A stretch of DNA of 64,000 bases from Callorhinchus milii (taxonomy: Eukaryota). Location: assembly GCF_018977255.1 (NCBI RefSeq), contig NW_024704742.1:100752001-100816000 (forward strand), read 5' to 3'. Shown in pieces: positions 51,300-64,000 of this stretch. The notes below the pieces were generated by a model. That model made no database searches, was not told where the DNA came from, and was given only the letters and a program-made list of their open reading frames with translations. The position numbers and the translations under genes were made by a program. Positions within the stretch are counted from its first letter, which is position 1. Each line of letters opens with the position of its first letter.

Positions 51300-51565
51300 C
51301 CCTCACTTGGTGAATGGTAGGTACAACGAGTGAGCTTCCTTGGGTGGGCAATGCATCTCAGCATGAAATGTGTGAAAGCATCTTCCTGTCCACAGCTTGG
51401 GCACACATCCCTTCCCACTGAGCGATGGTTGCCTTACTGCAGGCCAATCAAGGTGGATTCCAGGCACTGGATGCATGAGGATGTGTTCAGAACATGGACT
51501 CCAGGTAATGCTTTCCGATAGCTGTTGCCGCAAGCCTTGGAGTTTCCATATCAGTAATCTGGCAG
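51300..51565 (-). mobile_element. Fossil L1/Tx1-type ORF2 C-terminal fragment (CCHC zinc knuckle)
   Basis: CPSCGQEDAFTHFMLRC = C-x2-C-x7-H-x4-C, preceded in another frame by LLIWKL. Confidence 0.5.
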
Positions 51566-52484
51566 GCATCTGCCTTCAGCATGGTGGGCTGAAGGCAGAT
51601 ACTCCCTCTTGGTACTAAAAAGATCAAAAGTCTTGGGATAGTCATCAGAAGTTTTATTTTGCACTATTTGTATTAAGTTTACTGCAGGTTATCTCAGGAG
51701 ATTTTGTGATACACTCAAAGTGGTTTGGATCTTAATGCTCTTTACAAATGCTGATATCCAATATAAACTTAATCGTCACACAGGTTAATACTGTAATAAC
51801 AAGTGATAGATATTGGGTAGAGATACCTTTCCATGGTCAATGATGGATTCACCTTACATAGATTCATGACCTTGTCAGATTTCCAAACCTCAGGAACCAA
51901 TCTAGAGATTAATGGAGCATTGCAAATAATATATTGAAGACCTGATAACACAACTACTCTTTCCAAAAAATAAATTTGATGACACATAAAATTTGTCCAA
52001 TAATTTCTGAATTTGACTTCTGAATCTGGAAAATGGGGAACCATATCTCCCCTTCAGAGTGTATGTTAAAGGTGGGGGCATAGGTAATTCTGAAGAAAAC
52101 ACAATACTGTATAAATCTGCTTGTTGTCTAATCTGTTTCTATCTGCTTACCGTGTCTCAGTAGCCACATGTCTTTCAGACAAGAAGTCAACTATTATGTT
52201 AGATACTTGTGTTAGATGATACCTTATAAATCCTTCCATACATTACTGTTTTGTTATAATAATCCTTGTATTTGATACAATGCTATTCATGTTCGGAGGA
52301 TGTGCCAAGTGATTCACAACATTTGCTGTAGAGCATAGTGACTGTATTTTTAGGTGAACATGGGTGCTAATTTGTGCACAGCAATGTCCCGCAAACAGCC
52401 ATGAAGTTATTGACCAATTTTATCTGGGAGATTTTTGGCCAGAACACTTGGAGAAACTCCCTTATTATTTATTATACTCAATGT

Positions 52485-55400
52485 CTCCTCCCTCTCCTCC
52501 TGCAAACCCACTCGCATTTCCCTCCAAACGTCCATTCCCTCTCAAATAAAGCCCTCACCATCCATGACCTCATCCTGGACGAGCACCTTGACATTATTGG
52601 GCTCACCGAAACCAATGTGGTGGCGGGGTGGCCTTCATTTCCAAAGCCTCCCTTGGTCTTACCCTCTACTCCTCTGGCTGCTTCCCCTCCTTCGAGCACC
52701 TCACCCTCTTCCACCCTTCTCTCCCATTGAAAATCCTCCTTGTCTACCGTGCCACCTAAGCCCCCTGGCTCCTTCCAAACAGACATCTCTACTCTCCTCT
52801 CTTCCCTGCCCCTCTGTTCCGAGCGCCTGCTCATAATGGGTGATTTCAACCTCCACCTAAACTTCCCTTGCACTACTTCTGCCAACGTCACTGCCCTCCT
52901 CTCCTCCCTAAACCTCATCCTTCATATAAATTCACTCACCCACAACTATGGTCATGCCCTTGACTTCTTTATCACCCAAGGGCCTTGACATTTCCAACCT
53001 CAGCATAGTGGACAAGGCCATCTCAGACCACTTCCTCATCTCGTTCTCCTCCTACATTCCTCACTCCTCCACCAAGCCCTCAACCATCCTCTACCGCCCT
53101 TGGAAAAGGCTAACCCCTGAGACGCTCACAAAGGCCCTCGCATCATCAAACATCCTATCCCTCTGGCCTTCCACCCACGGAGATCCTGAAGCAGCTGTCC
53201 AACTGCTCCATGATCGCCTCTTCTCCACCTTCAACTCCCTCGTCCCATTGAAATCCAGGACCATCTCCAAACCCACCCGATCCCCCCGGTACAACAACCA
53301 TCTCTGCCACCTAAAACCCAAACCCGGCTGCTCAAGCGCAGATGGCAGAAAACTGGCCTCACAGTCCACCGCCAACTGTGACTTGAGCATCTCCACAGCT
53401 ACCGCCGTTCTATGACTCGCGCAAACACGGTCTTCTACTCCAACATCATCTTGGAGGCTAACCACAACCCTAAAATCCTTTTTTCCACCACCCACTACCT
53501 CCTCCGTGCCCCCCTTCCCTCAGGCCTCCTCAATATTCATATCAAATGCCAAGTGCGAGGAGGTCATGGACTTCTTTTCATCTAAAATTCACAACATCTG
53601 CCAGGCAGCCTCATCCACCTGCCTTGTATCACCCACTACCACCCCCTCTCTTTCCCCCTCACCCTCCCCATCATCTGCTCCTACCACCACCCCCATCCTA
53701 CATTCCTTCCTCCCCATCTCTCCCTCCTCCTTCTCACCCACCATCACCTCCATGAAACCCACCACCTGCTGCCTTGACCCCCTCCCCACCAACTTGCTGG
53801 TCACCCAGCTCCCCCTCCTTTGCCCACTACTGGCTGACATCATCAACCAGTCCCTCCTCTCCGGATCAGTCCCTGCCTCCCTCAAAACTGTTGTCATCAC
53901 AGCCCTCCTGAAAAAACCCTCCTTAGATCCCACAAACCCCGGCCACTACCGCCCTATTTCTAACCTGCCCTTCCTTGCAAAAGTCTTAGAATGCGTTGTT
54001 GCCAATCAACTTCGCACACACCTCTCCTCCCACTCCCTCTTCGAACCCCTCGATTCCGGTTTCCACCCACAGTACAGAGACTGCGCTTGTGAAAGTCACA
54101 AACGACATCCTCTCTATCTGTGACCAGGGCTCCCTCTGCCTCCTTGTCCTCCTGGACCTCTCCGCAGCGTTCGACACAGCCGATCACGCCATCCTCCTCC
54201 ACCGCCTTTCCTCCGTCATCCACCTCAATGGGACAGCACTTGCCTGGTTCGAGTCCTACCTCACAAACCGCCAGCAGTACATCTGCACAAACGGCTTCTC
54301 CTCCCGCTCTCACCCGGTCATCTGCGGGGTAGCCCCCCGCATCCATCCTTGGCCCCCTCCTCTTTCTGATCTACATGCTCCCTCTTGGGGGTGTCATCCG
54401 CAGACATGGGGTACATTTCCACATGAACGCGGATGACATCCAACTCTATTTTTCCACCTCTCTTTGCGACCCCCAGTCCCCTGATGTTCTGTCAGTCTGC
54501 CTGTCAGATCTCAGGGGCTGGATGAGCGCAAATTTCCTTCAGCTGAACGTTGACTAGACGGAAGCCATACTCTTTGGCTCTCGTCAACGTCTAAAATTTC
54601 ACAGCTCTCACCTCCTCCACCTACCCGACCTCCCCCTAAAACTCTCCGAACCCGTATGCAACCAAGGCATCAGGTTCGACCACCAATTATCCTTTCTCCC
54701 CCACATTCGATCCCTCACCAGCACTGCCTTCTTCCACCTCCGACACATTGCCCGCCTCCGCAAATACCTCTCTCCGAAAGCCCCTGAAATCCTGGTCCAT
54801 GCCTTTGTCACCTCTCTCCTGGACTATTTTAATGCCCTCCTCGCCGGTTTCCCATCCACTACTATCCAAAAAATCCAGATCATTCGAAACTCTGCCACCT
54901 GAATTCTCACCCGCACCAAACTTCTCTCCTCGATCACCCCAGTCCTTGCCAGACTACACTGGCTGCCTGTCCCAGAGAGGATCGACTTCAAGATCCTCAC
55001 CCTTGTATTCAAGTCCCTGCACTCCTCTGCACCCCCCTACCTCTCTGACCTCCTCTCTCCTCAAAACAGTACCCATTGCCTTAGTTCCTCCGGGTCTGGC
55101 CTCCTCCTCGTCCCTCGAGTCCTCCCCTCCACCCTTGGTGGACGTGCCTTCAGTCACTATGCCCCGAGGCTCTGGAACTCCCTTCCTCACTCCCTTCGCC
55201 TCGTTCCCTCTCTTCCTATTTTCATGGCCCCGGCTGAAGACCTTTCTTTTCAACCGCCACTTTGGTCACCTTCCTCTCCCTCCCCCTGGCTCGGCCCCGA
55301 GATCCATTAATGTGAAGTGTTCTGAGACGCTGTCCGGCGTGGAGGGTGCTCTATGAATCCAAGTTGTCGTTGTTGTTGTTGTTGTTCCTCCCTCTCCCCC

Positions 55401-55485
55401 TGGCTCGGCGTCGGGCTCCATTACTGTAAAGCGCTCTGAGATGCCGTCCGGCGTGGAGGGCGCTATATAACTCCAAGTTGTTGTT
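52485..55485 (+). mobile_element. Long L2 LINE ORF2 (APE endonuclease plus RT), disrupted, with duplicated 3' end
   Basis: DIIGLTET, LLIMGDFNLH, GHALDF, ISDHFLI, YRPISNLPFLAKVLE, STETALVKVTNDIL, LLDLSAAFDT, NADDIQLY. Confidence 0.96.
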
Positions 55486-56799
55486 GGAAACATTTTTTCA
55501 GTTAATAGCACAAATATGCTCTGAAATATTGGGAGAAAACTTCTGTCCTTGTGATAATTACAGATAATTACAGTAAACCTCACATAATCCATATCATTTG
55601 GGACCATACGTTCAATATGACCTAATCTAAGTATGAGTTATGTGAAACTTGCTTGAGTTATAGGAAATTCAACGGGACTTGGGCAGATGTAAAACTTTGG
55701 CAATTATATGATTTATATACAGATCAGACTTATGCGAGTTGTAGTGTATTACCAATGATAATTATTATATCACAAATCCTTTGCCAGCCTATTGTATTTT
55801 TACTTTTCCTTACAATCTTACAATTCCTCTATTTTGCTGTACTGCAGTGACTGCATGAAACCGAGTACCCAAAGGAGATGTGTTGTTTCTCAACTCCATG
55901 CCCTGAAATTGTGTAAACCTATTTTTTGAATGGATTTCTCACCTCTGTGTTGTGAGCTGTGACTTGGAGCAGCGAGTCCAAATTGTAACTGACAACATGA
56001 AAAACAATGCATTTAACTTGCAAGGGAGGCAAACAACATTGGTTCTGGAAAGCAGCTGATCCATGCAGAGAACAAAACCAATTGGAATTGTTCAGGTTCA
56101 GCTGGATGGGGCACAAATCAAATTCAACCTCTGAACTTTTTGTGAAGCACTTTCACTAGACTACTATTTTCAGCAAGGAATTGTTTTTCTTTATGGTGTT
56201 AGGGCAATCCTTTTAATGTAAAATATTAGAGTCTACAACAACAACAACAAATTACACATTCAAAGTTACTAGACTGTCAGGAGTTTGGACCTGAGCTAGT
56301 AGTTGGGATCTGGAGGGGTTAATACAGCAATAATAAGTATGATAGATATTGGGTAAAGGTAGCTTTCCATGGTCACCTTACATAGATGTGTTTTTTATGT
56401 AGAAGTAGTGGCAGTATGAGGTGTATTTGCTATTCCCACTTCTAAAGAGGAAGCTTCTGTTAGTAGGCTTTCTAAAAAAAATCTAAATTGAGCTTAAAAA
56501 TTAACTTTAATGTTCATATTTATCGTATATTGTTGTTGTAATTAACATGAAACAAATGTGTTTAAACACGAGTGCATCTCTATCAGAGAGCTGCCAAATT
56601 CACCAGCAAGATACAATGAATCTTGTGAAGTGTGTTGTGACATCCTACCAATGCGCAAAATCTATATCAAATGTAAGGGTTATTTATGTTTAAGTTGATG
56701 CTATCAATTACTTAAGACACTTTAGCATCATTTCTGTGTGTTTTTATTATAGTTCCCTTGCAATGTCAGTCTCAGCAACAACACCAACCTGGTAATAAA

Positions 56800-57245
56800 T
56801 AGCAATAATTCTTGCATTTGGTACAGTGCCTTTCACATCGGGAAGACGTCCCAAAGTCTTTACAGGATATACTGTGAAGTGGAATGACTGTGTATTTGTG
56901 GAAGAATGTGGCAGCCAAGTTGTGCAGAGTAAAAGCCTACAAACAGCCGTGAAGTGAATGATGTTTTTTTTTGGTTTGGGTGATTTGTTGACCAGAACAC
57001 CTGAAACTCTTTAGTTTATCAATTCAATTATTATTTTCATGGGATCTTTAACATGCGCCTGAACAGGCAGACGGGGGCTTAGTTTAACATCTCATTCGAA
57101 TGCTGGCACCTCATTCAATGAACCACATCCCCAGCACTGTATTGGATGTCATCTTAGACTATGTGAGTTCCTATCCTGACTTGGTGCTTGAACCTACAAC
57201 CTTTTGGCTCAGAGGCGAAAGTGTTACCATTGAGCCAGGCTGACA
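56800..57245 (-). mobile_element. Older DeuSINE-type element, full length
   Basis: Reverse complement of the 26375/59963 family; head cttttggctcagaggcgaaagtgttaccattgagccaggct. Confidence 0.8.
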
Positions 57246-58474
57246 CACATGATATCATATGATCCTCAATGATATCTTGAAGGCAGACTGTTCCAACAAA
57301 GTGTTTAAAAAACAGAAAGAGAGAGAGAAAGAAGGGAATTATTTTAAAGTTAACACTTCTTTAAGAAAAATCCCTTTTCTATCATGTTATTAACCTTTCC
57401 CTTGCAATCATGATTGAATCAAAAGTTATCTGTAATATACTTCTTGTAGATAAATTATACAATATTAAACCATGATGTGTTTCTTGACACCAAAATAAAG
57501 AAGCCTATTACTGTTAATTGTCTGCAAATTTACTGTAATCGAACATTTATTAATTTGCCCAATATTTACCAAAGTTTTACTTCTCAGTAGAGATGCAGAC
57601 TGCAATATAGTGCACTCATCACTTCAGTAAGCACAGTTAGTTATTACTTTCTGGTGGGGGGAGATTGAATAGCAACTATTTTTTGCTATATCGATTTTCA
57701 AATGTTTTACAGAGTCGTTTACAAGTTTAAGTTTAAGGCAGGGCTCTTTGGAGAAAATTTGAAGAGAAAGAAAAATTGGAATTCAGAATTAATTCAATCG
57801 CATCTAGAATATTTAGGAATATAAATAGAATTCATGATCATTTTAGGAGCGGGTTTGAATATATATTAATGGAATTTCCCCTTATAAACAAGTGGTAGCA
57901 TAGCACTATTTTTAGAGATCGACACATGATATCCCGATATCTAAATGAAAAGCCCAGCATTATTTGTCTTGTGTATTCCAACCAGAATCGTTATCTTGAT
58001 ACAAGATACACAGCAAAAATAAGTGTCAAGATAGCCACAAAACCACTAATGTAGACATAACAGGCCTTTTTGCAGCAGTGAAATTTCTTTTTACCGCAAA
58101 CAGATTTGTGATACCATAGAGTTCATTATGTGAGGTTGCAGCGAACTAAGCATTGGCAATGGATGGGTTGATGAAATGGAAAGTACAGGAACACCAGTCA
58201 CAGTTAATTAAAGTGTTAGGTTAACATTCAACACGGCTTCACCGAGTGATTCACGACTCTGTTCTAATGGGCATCCTGGTGTCTTTGGATCTCCATCATG
58301 CTGTCACAGTAAGTGATGAGATGGAGGGTTGCACCTGCGATTCCCCACAGGACCAGTTTCCTATCTTAGCTATTGGGGTCTAAAATGTAGCATTCACAAA
58401 CCTGAATTGTGACTTTCTGCTTTATGACTGAAATTGCACAATTTGCGTACACAAAGTATAAAGAGTTGTGAGAA

Positions 58475-58799
58475 AAGGCGTTGTCAAAGAGGAGGGTCTT
58501 AAGTTGTACCTTGAAAGAGGCAAAGGAGGGAGTGAGGCAAAGATCTGTAGGATGGAGTTCCAATGGGGTGGGCAGAGAGGCTGAAGGTCTGACTGTTGAT
58601 AGTGGGTGGGCTGGGTGGGGTATGTGGAGCAGGCTGGAACCTACTGAGTGGAGGGAGCGGACAGGTTGACATGGGGTTAGCAGATCACAGAGATAGGAAG
58701 GAGCAAGCCCGCGGAGGGCTTTGAAGGCAAAGAAGAGGATTTTGAACTCTATCCTCTGTGGGATGGAGAACCAGTGGAGTCGGGCGAGGGTGGGGCTGA
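58475..58799 (-). mobile_element. L2 LINE 3' fragment
   Basis: SPTLARLHWFSIPQRIEFKIL..FKVQLKTLLFDNAF. Confidence 0.88.
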
Positions 58800-59168
58800 T
58801 AATAATAATAATAATCCTTGCATTTGATATCATGTCTTCAAGACCTCTCAAAAAGCTTCACAAAATATACTGTAAAGTGAATTGACTATATTTTGTGGGT
58901 GAAACATGGTGGCCAAATGCACACACCAGTGTCCCACAAACAGTCATGGATTGAGTGACCAAATTTTCCTTTTTTTTTTAAGCGATTATTACCCCAGTAA
59001 AAGCGAACCGCCAATCAACTAACAAGGGGTTCCTACTTGCTGCTTGGTAAACAGAAGCATGTTTAAGGAGTAAGGAAGCTTGCTTAAAGTTTCACCCTGC
59101 CGAGAATTGAACCCAGGTCCTCTTGTTTGTGAGGCAAGTACTCTAACCATTAAGCCACAAGACTCCAC
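58800..59168 (-). mobile_element. tRNA/Deu SINE
   Basis: (AAT)n tail, Deu-like core, head ..ctctaaccattaagccacaagactccac. Confidence 0.88.
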
Positions 59169-59962
59169 AGAACTCTTGCCCCAGGGTTCAGTGTTTCAGG
59201 GCCATGCTAATTTACCATGCTCAGAATAGTGGGCACATGCTGGGAAACTATGCCATTTTGTGGGCTGTTTCATGCACCAATGTACTATTCCATCGAGATA
59301 ACTCATATTATGTCCTTTATGTTTGAAAATATTCATAATTAGGGGTGTTACAATTGACTGTATATTTTGAGGATTTTGAGATATTCTACCAATGTGAAAG
59401 TCACTATGTCAAATGTAAGATTATTAATATTTTTATTATAATATCAGAACTGCCTGCATTTCACATTGATGGGAATTCCTACAATCCCTTGGATATTAAA
59501 TAATTTTTAAAACTGCACAGTGAACTCGTGAAGTAATTTAAATCAGTGTGTTGAAATCACAAATTTCTTATTTCATTATTGCTCTTGTTCTCATCCTTAT
59601 TGACTCAATATCCTAGCATTCTAGTGATTGATACAATTTTCTGTTAGTACACTAAATCAAAACTGTAACAGAAAACATCTTAAGTTAGATAAATGAGGTG
59701 ATTACAATCCTACCCCTGTATTGCAGCTACAGCAAAGAAAGACAAATTACTATTCGATAACACAGGGATTGTTACAAAATTACAACAAAATAAAGGGGTC
59801 CAAAGACTACTAAGTGATACCACTGTCAATAAAGTGCAACATGGAAGAACTGTTTTTGTTGAATTTATTTTTTGTAACCAGTAGTCCTGTTTAAAAGTGA
59901 TAGAATTAAGTCTCAAATTGTAGCTAAGAGCATATGTTCAGTGAAACCCAAATCAGTGTGTC

Positions 59963-60435
59963 AGCCTGGCCTTGTTTGTAGCACCCTAGCCTCCAAGTCA
60001 GAAGATTGTAGGCTCAAGTCCTGTATTGGGGCTTTGAACTCATCATTTAGGCTGGCAGTTCAATGTAGCGCCATCCTTCGGGTTAAACATTAAACCCTGA
60101 TCCCGTCTACCTATTCAGGTGAACATTAAGGATTCCATGGCACTATTCAAAAAATCAAGAGAGTTTCTCCCAGTGTCCTGGTTAACAATTCTCCTGATAA
60201 AATTATTCATTCACTTCATGACTGTTTATGGGACATTGCTGTGTGTAATTTGGCTACTGAAACACTGATTGTCCAGCGCCTTGGCACATCCTCCCGACGT
60301 GACAGGTGCTATACAAATGTAATTTTGTGTTGTTGGTGTTGTGTTCGTCTACAAATACACAGTCCCTACATTTTGCAGTAACTCATGTGAAGCACTTTGA
60401 GACATCCTCCTGATTAGTAAAGTGCCATTTAAAGT
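59963..60435 (+). mobile_element. Older DeuSINE-type element with an L2-tail insert at ~60272-60342
   Basis: Head agcctggc..gtagcaccctagcctccaagtcagaag; Deu-like core tgtttatgggacattgctgtgtg. Confidence 0.8.
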
Positions 60436-60816
60436 ATAAGTATTATTATTATTATTGTCACAGGCTCATGATTGTCTGCTTTATCTCTTAACAAATGACC
60501 AGGCGCCGTTTTTTCGGTTACTGCAAATTACAGATACATCCAGCTTCATTCCTTCCAAGCTTATTCTGTGGCATCATTGATTACCTAGGCACAAACAATC
60601 AAGCGTAGATTAACCAGGGCTGACAATAAATCACCACGAAATCAATCTTCAGTCTCCACAAAATAAAGACGGAAATATATTAAGCAATCACACCAGCTCC
60701 TTTTCTAAATAAAAACTTAACTTTTCATTTCAAATGCTAATTGAACATCATAAATCTAGACATATAAATGTATATTCACAGAAGTAGCAAATAAAAGAAT
60801 TAAACCAAATAATATT

Positions 60817-61122
60817 AATAATAATCCTTGCATTTGATATAGCACTTTTCACGTCTTCTAGACGTCCCAAAGCGCTTCACAGAATATACTGTAAAGTGAA
60901 TTGACTGTATATTTGTGGGCGAACGCGGCAGCCAATTGCGCACAGCAATGTCCCAAAAACAGTTATGGATTGAAAATGATCAATTGTTTTTGGTTTTGGA
61001 GGGATTATTATTAGGCATGTAGAGTAAGGAAACTTGCCCAAGGTTTCGCCCTGCCTGGAATTGAACTCAGGTCTCTCACTTGCAAAGCGAGTGCTCCAAC
61101 CACTGAGCTAAAGGACTCCACA
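60817..61122 (-). mobile_element. Young tRNA/Deu SINE
   Basis: High similarity to 38175-38495. Confidence 0.92.
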
Positions 61123-61855
61123 ATAGCACAAATGGAAAGTTTTACCAATAATCTGTTTGCAAAACAGTAACTTTTTCATAGAATCCTAGAAGGTAAGACT
61201 GGAGAGGGAGACTAATCATGAAGTCCATCGAGTCTGCACCAGCTCTCAGAGCAAGATGTTCATTCAATCCCACAGCCCTGCTTTATAGCCTTATGCCCAT
61301 TAAAGCTTCTGTCTTTAATATAGCTTTCATATACATATACCTGTCTTTATATTCATAGTACAGAAATAAAACAAGCAAAACACTCAGAAAAGTTCTCTCT
61401 CTCTCTTCCCTTCTCTCTCCACTCTCCATCCATGTGCTCCGGGACAGTACCCCCCGTGAAGGGCGCTATATAAATGCAAGTTGTTGTTGTTCTTGTCTGT
61501 TGCTCAGACCACTGTTCTCTCCCCAAAAGCCTTTCCAGACAGTTTCAGACGTCTGTCCACACCAGGTCAAACTCTTTGATCATAACCAATCATTGATTTG
61601 AGTTTCCAGGAAGTTTTAAAGGACTAATTCAATTTGAGAAATGAAAGAACTTGGCCGTTGTCTTTGGCCATCCTAATAACAACACATTCACAACTCGGTG
61701 TGAGTACTTTCGAAGTCTAAGTTTCAAAATGTTGACTGTTTAGTAACTATTACATGCTGGGTATCTCCTTCTTTACACATAAACAGACACCCACTGTCTG
61801 CACTCTTTCTGACTTTAACGTTTTGTCACAATTAAACTGATAGGTTTAATTATCC

Positions 61856-62170
61856 TGGAGACCTGCAGCTCAGTGGTTAGAGCACTTGCCTCTCAAGCAA
61901 GAGTCCTGGGTTCGATTCCTGGCAGGACGAAACCTTGGGCAAGTTTCCTTACTCCACACACCTAATAATAATCCCTCAAGAAAAAAACCAATAATAAATT
62001 GGTCACTTCAATGCACGACTGTTTGTGGGACACTGCCGGGCACAATTTGGCTCCTGCATTTCGCCCACAAATATACAGTCAATTCACTTTACAGTATATT
62101 CTGTGAAGCATATTGAAATGTCTAGAAGATGTGAAAAGCGCTATATCAAATGCAAGGATTATTATTATTA
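61856..62170 (+). mobile_element. tRNA/Deu SINE
   Basis: gctcagtggttagagca..gggttcgattcct head; (ATT)n tail. Confidence 0.9.
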
Positions 62171-62938
62171 AGTTTTCCAAAAGTGTTAAAAAAATATTTT
62201 TTTCTTACACTTCTGGTGAAGAAGTATTGATTCATTCATTTTTGATTAATGAATGATATTTAGGGTCTGATGAATTATTGTATTACCGAGAATGTTTGTT
62301 TTTATTTTAAAACATATATTAATCAACTATCTTTGAGATGCTTTCTTATGTGAAAGTTTTCGTTGTTGTAGTTTCTGATAAATGTACTAAATTTGTGCTT
62401 CTTTATGATGTCGATCCAGTTTTTAACACAAATCTGTTATTTATTCCTAAGACAAACACTTAACAATAATTGACAAAAACAACAACAACAGCAAGATTCC
62501 ATTTATAAAAGATCACCATAAAGCTGTGCCAATGAAATTATCTCAGACACAAGACTATTGATGGTATAGTGAGGAAATACAAAGGCGAATTATGTCGGAT
62601 TACATACTTAGAATAATAAGAATAAGAATAAGAATATCAACTTGCTTATATGTAGCGTCCTTCACACAGGGTAACGTCCTGGAACGCTTGACAATAGAGG
62701 AGTCTGACCCCGAGCCAGAGGGAGAGGGATGGGAATAAGAAATAGTGTGAATTAGATTCCATGATTCCTAATAGAGCCACTTGTTTATTCCAAAAAAGAA
62801 ATGCTAAAACCATCTTCAAAGTGTGCCTCTTGCAGTGTGTATTGGGGAGAAGGCCCATTAATTGCTAGAGTTCATTTACATTGTAGTTTAACATAATGGT
62901 GAATGTACTAGGTTAAGGTTAAGACTTGGAATCCTGAT

Positions 62939-63848
62939 ACAACAACAACAACTTGCATTTATATAGTGGCCTCCACGCGGCGGCATCCTGGAGCCTAATG
63001 CCGAGCCAGAGGTGACCATAAGCACGGTCAAAGAGGAAGATCTTCAGGCGTAACATGAAAATGGGGAAACAGGGGGCAATGGGAACGGTTTGAGGGAGGG
63101 AGTTCCATAGATTTGGGGGTATAGTGACTGAAGACACTGCCACCGATGGTGGAGTGGAGGATTCGAGGGACAAGGAGGAGGCTGGAGCCAGTAGAGTGGA
63201 GGGAGCAGGTAGTGCTGTGAGAAAAGAGTTGGTTGGAGATAGGGGGGTGCCAAGGCGTGGAGGCATTTAAACACCAGAGTGATGATCTTGAAGTCGATTC
63301 ACTCTATGACGGGAGTCAGTGAAGGTTGGCAAGGACTGTAGTAATCAGGGTGCAGAGTTTATTGTGGGTGAGAATGTGGGCAGCGGAGTTTTGGATGAGT
63401 TGAATTTTGTGAATAATTCATGAGGGGAGACTAGCAAGGAGGGCATTAGAGTAGTCCAGCCAAGAGGTGACGAAGGCATGGGCAAGGATTTCGGCAGTTT
63501 GTGGAGTGAGGCATTGTTGGAGATGGGCAATGTGGCAGAGATGGAGGAAAGCAGACCTGGTCAGGGACTGGATGTGGGGCAGGAAGGATAACTGGGGATC
63601 AAACCTGATGCCTAAGTTGTGCACAGGTTCCGAGAGTTTTAAAGACAGATAAGGTAGATTGAGAAGATTGGAACCGTAGGATAGTAGACGTCAATGGGAG
63701 CCAGAGCGTATGGCTTCTGTTTTGTTGACGTTTAACTGCAAGAAATTTGCACTCATCCAGGCCTTGATGTCTCTCAGACAAGCTACAGAACATCAGGGGA
63801 CTAGGAACCACAGCTGGAGGAGGAGAAGTAGATTTGTATGTCATCCGA
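62939..63848 (-). mobile_element. L2 LINE RT/3' fragment (L2-like sequence probably continues to the window end)
   Basis: NLGIRFDPQLSFLPHIQ, AEILAHAFVTSWLDYSNALL, LKIFLFDRAYG; (AAC)n tail at 62939. Confidence 0.9.
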
Positions 63849-64000
63849 CAAGCAAAGAGTTTGCATAGTCGAGCCTCGATGTAATGAAAGCATGTTTGAA
63901 GGTTTCAGTGGCCTGCAGTGTGAGACAATGTCAGAGCCAGGCGACGTTGCAGAGGTGGGGGAAGGCAAAGTGTGTCATGGTGCAGATGTGCGGCAGAAAG

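Noticed and set aside
1..64000. Remaining 60-200 aa ORFs in the supplied track as host genes
   Set aside because: They are retroelement fragments, their antisense frames, or chance ORFs without recognisable domains

Overview
Repeat-rich eukaryotic DNA, almost certainly vertebrate. The mix of CR1 LINEs, L2 LINEs with (GTT)n tails, tRNA/Deu-domain SINEs and Penelope elements is typical of a cartilaginous fish (inference). Nearly all ORFs in the supplied track are fragments or antisense shadows of decayed retroelements. The only host-gene feature I can support is a CpG-rich promoter at ~37.8-38.0 kb with a minus-strand first coding exon (MAAPVNVNNQ, strong Kozak, GTGAG donor). I found no convincing second coding exon, so the left 37 kb is probably intron and the gene is unidentified. 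Most notable items: (i) Penelope-like insertions with inverted terminal repeats, 13-16 bp target duplications and minimal hammerhead-ribozyme motifs; (ii) a ~410-bp-arm fold-back duplication that split a SINE; (iii) an unclassified ~600-bp A-tailed repeat present four times; (iv) an L2/SINE shared 3' stem-loop with many tail-only insertions. Nothing here demonstrates a new biological system. Repeat boundaries were read by eye and are approximate.
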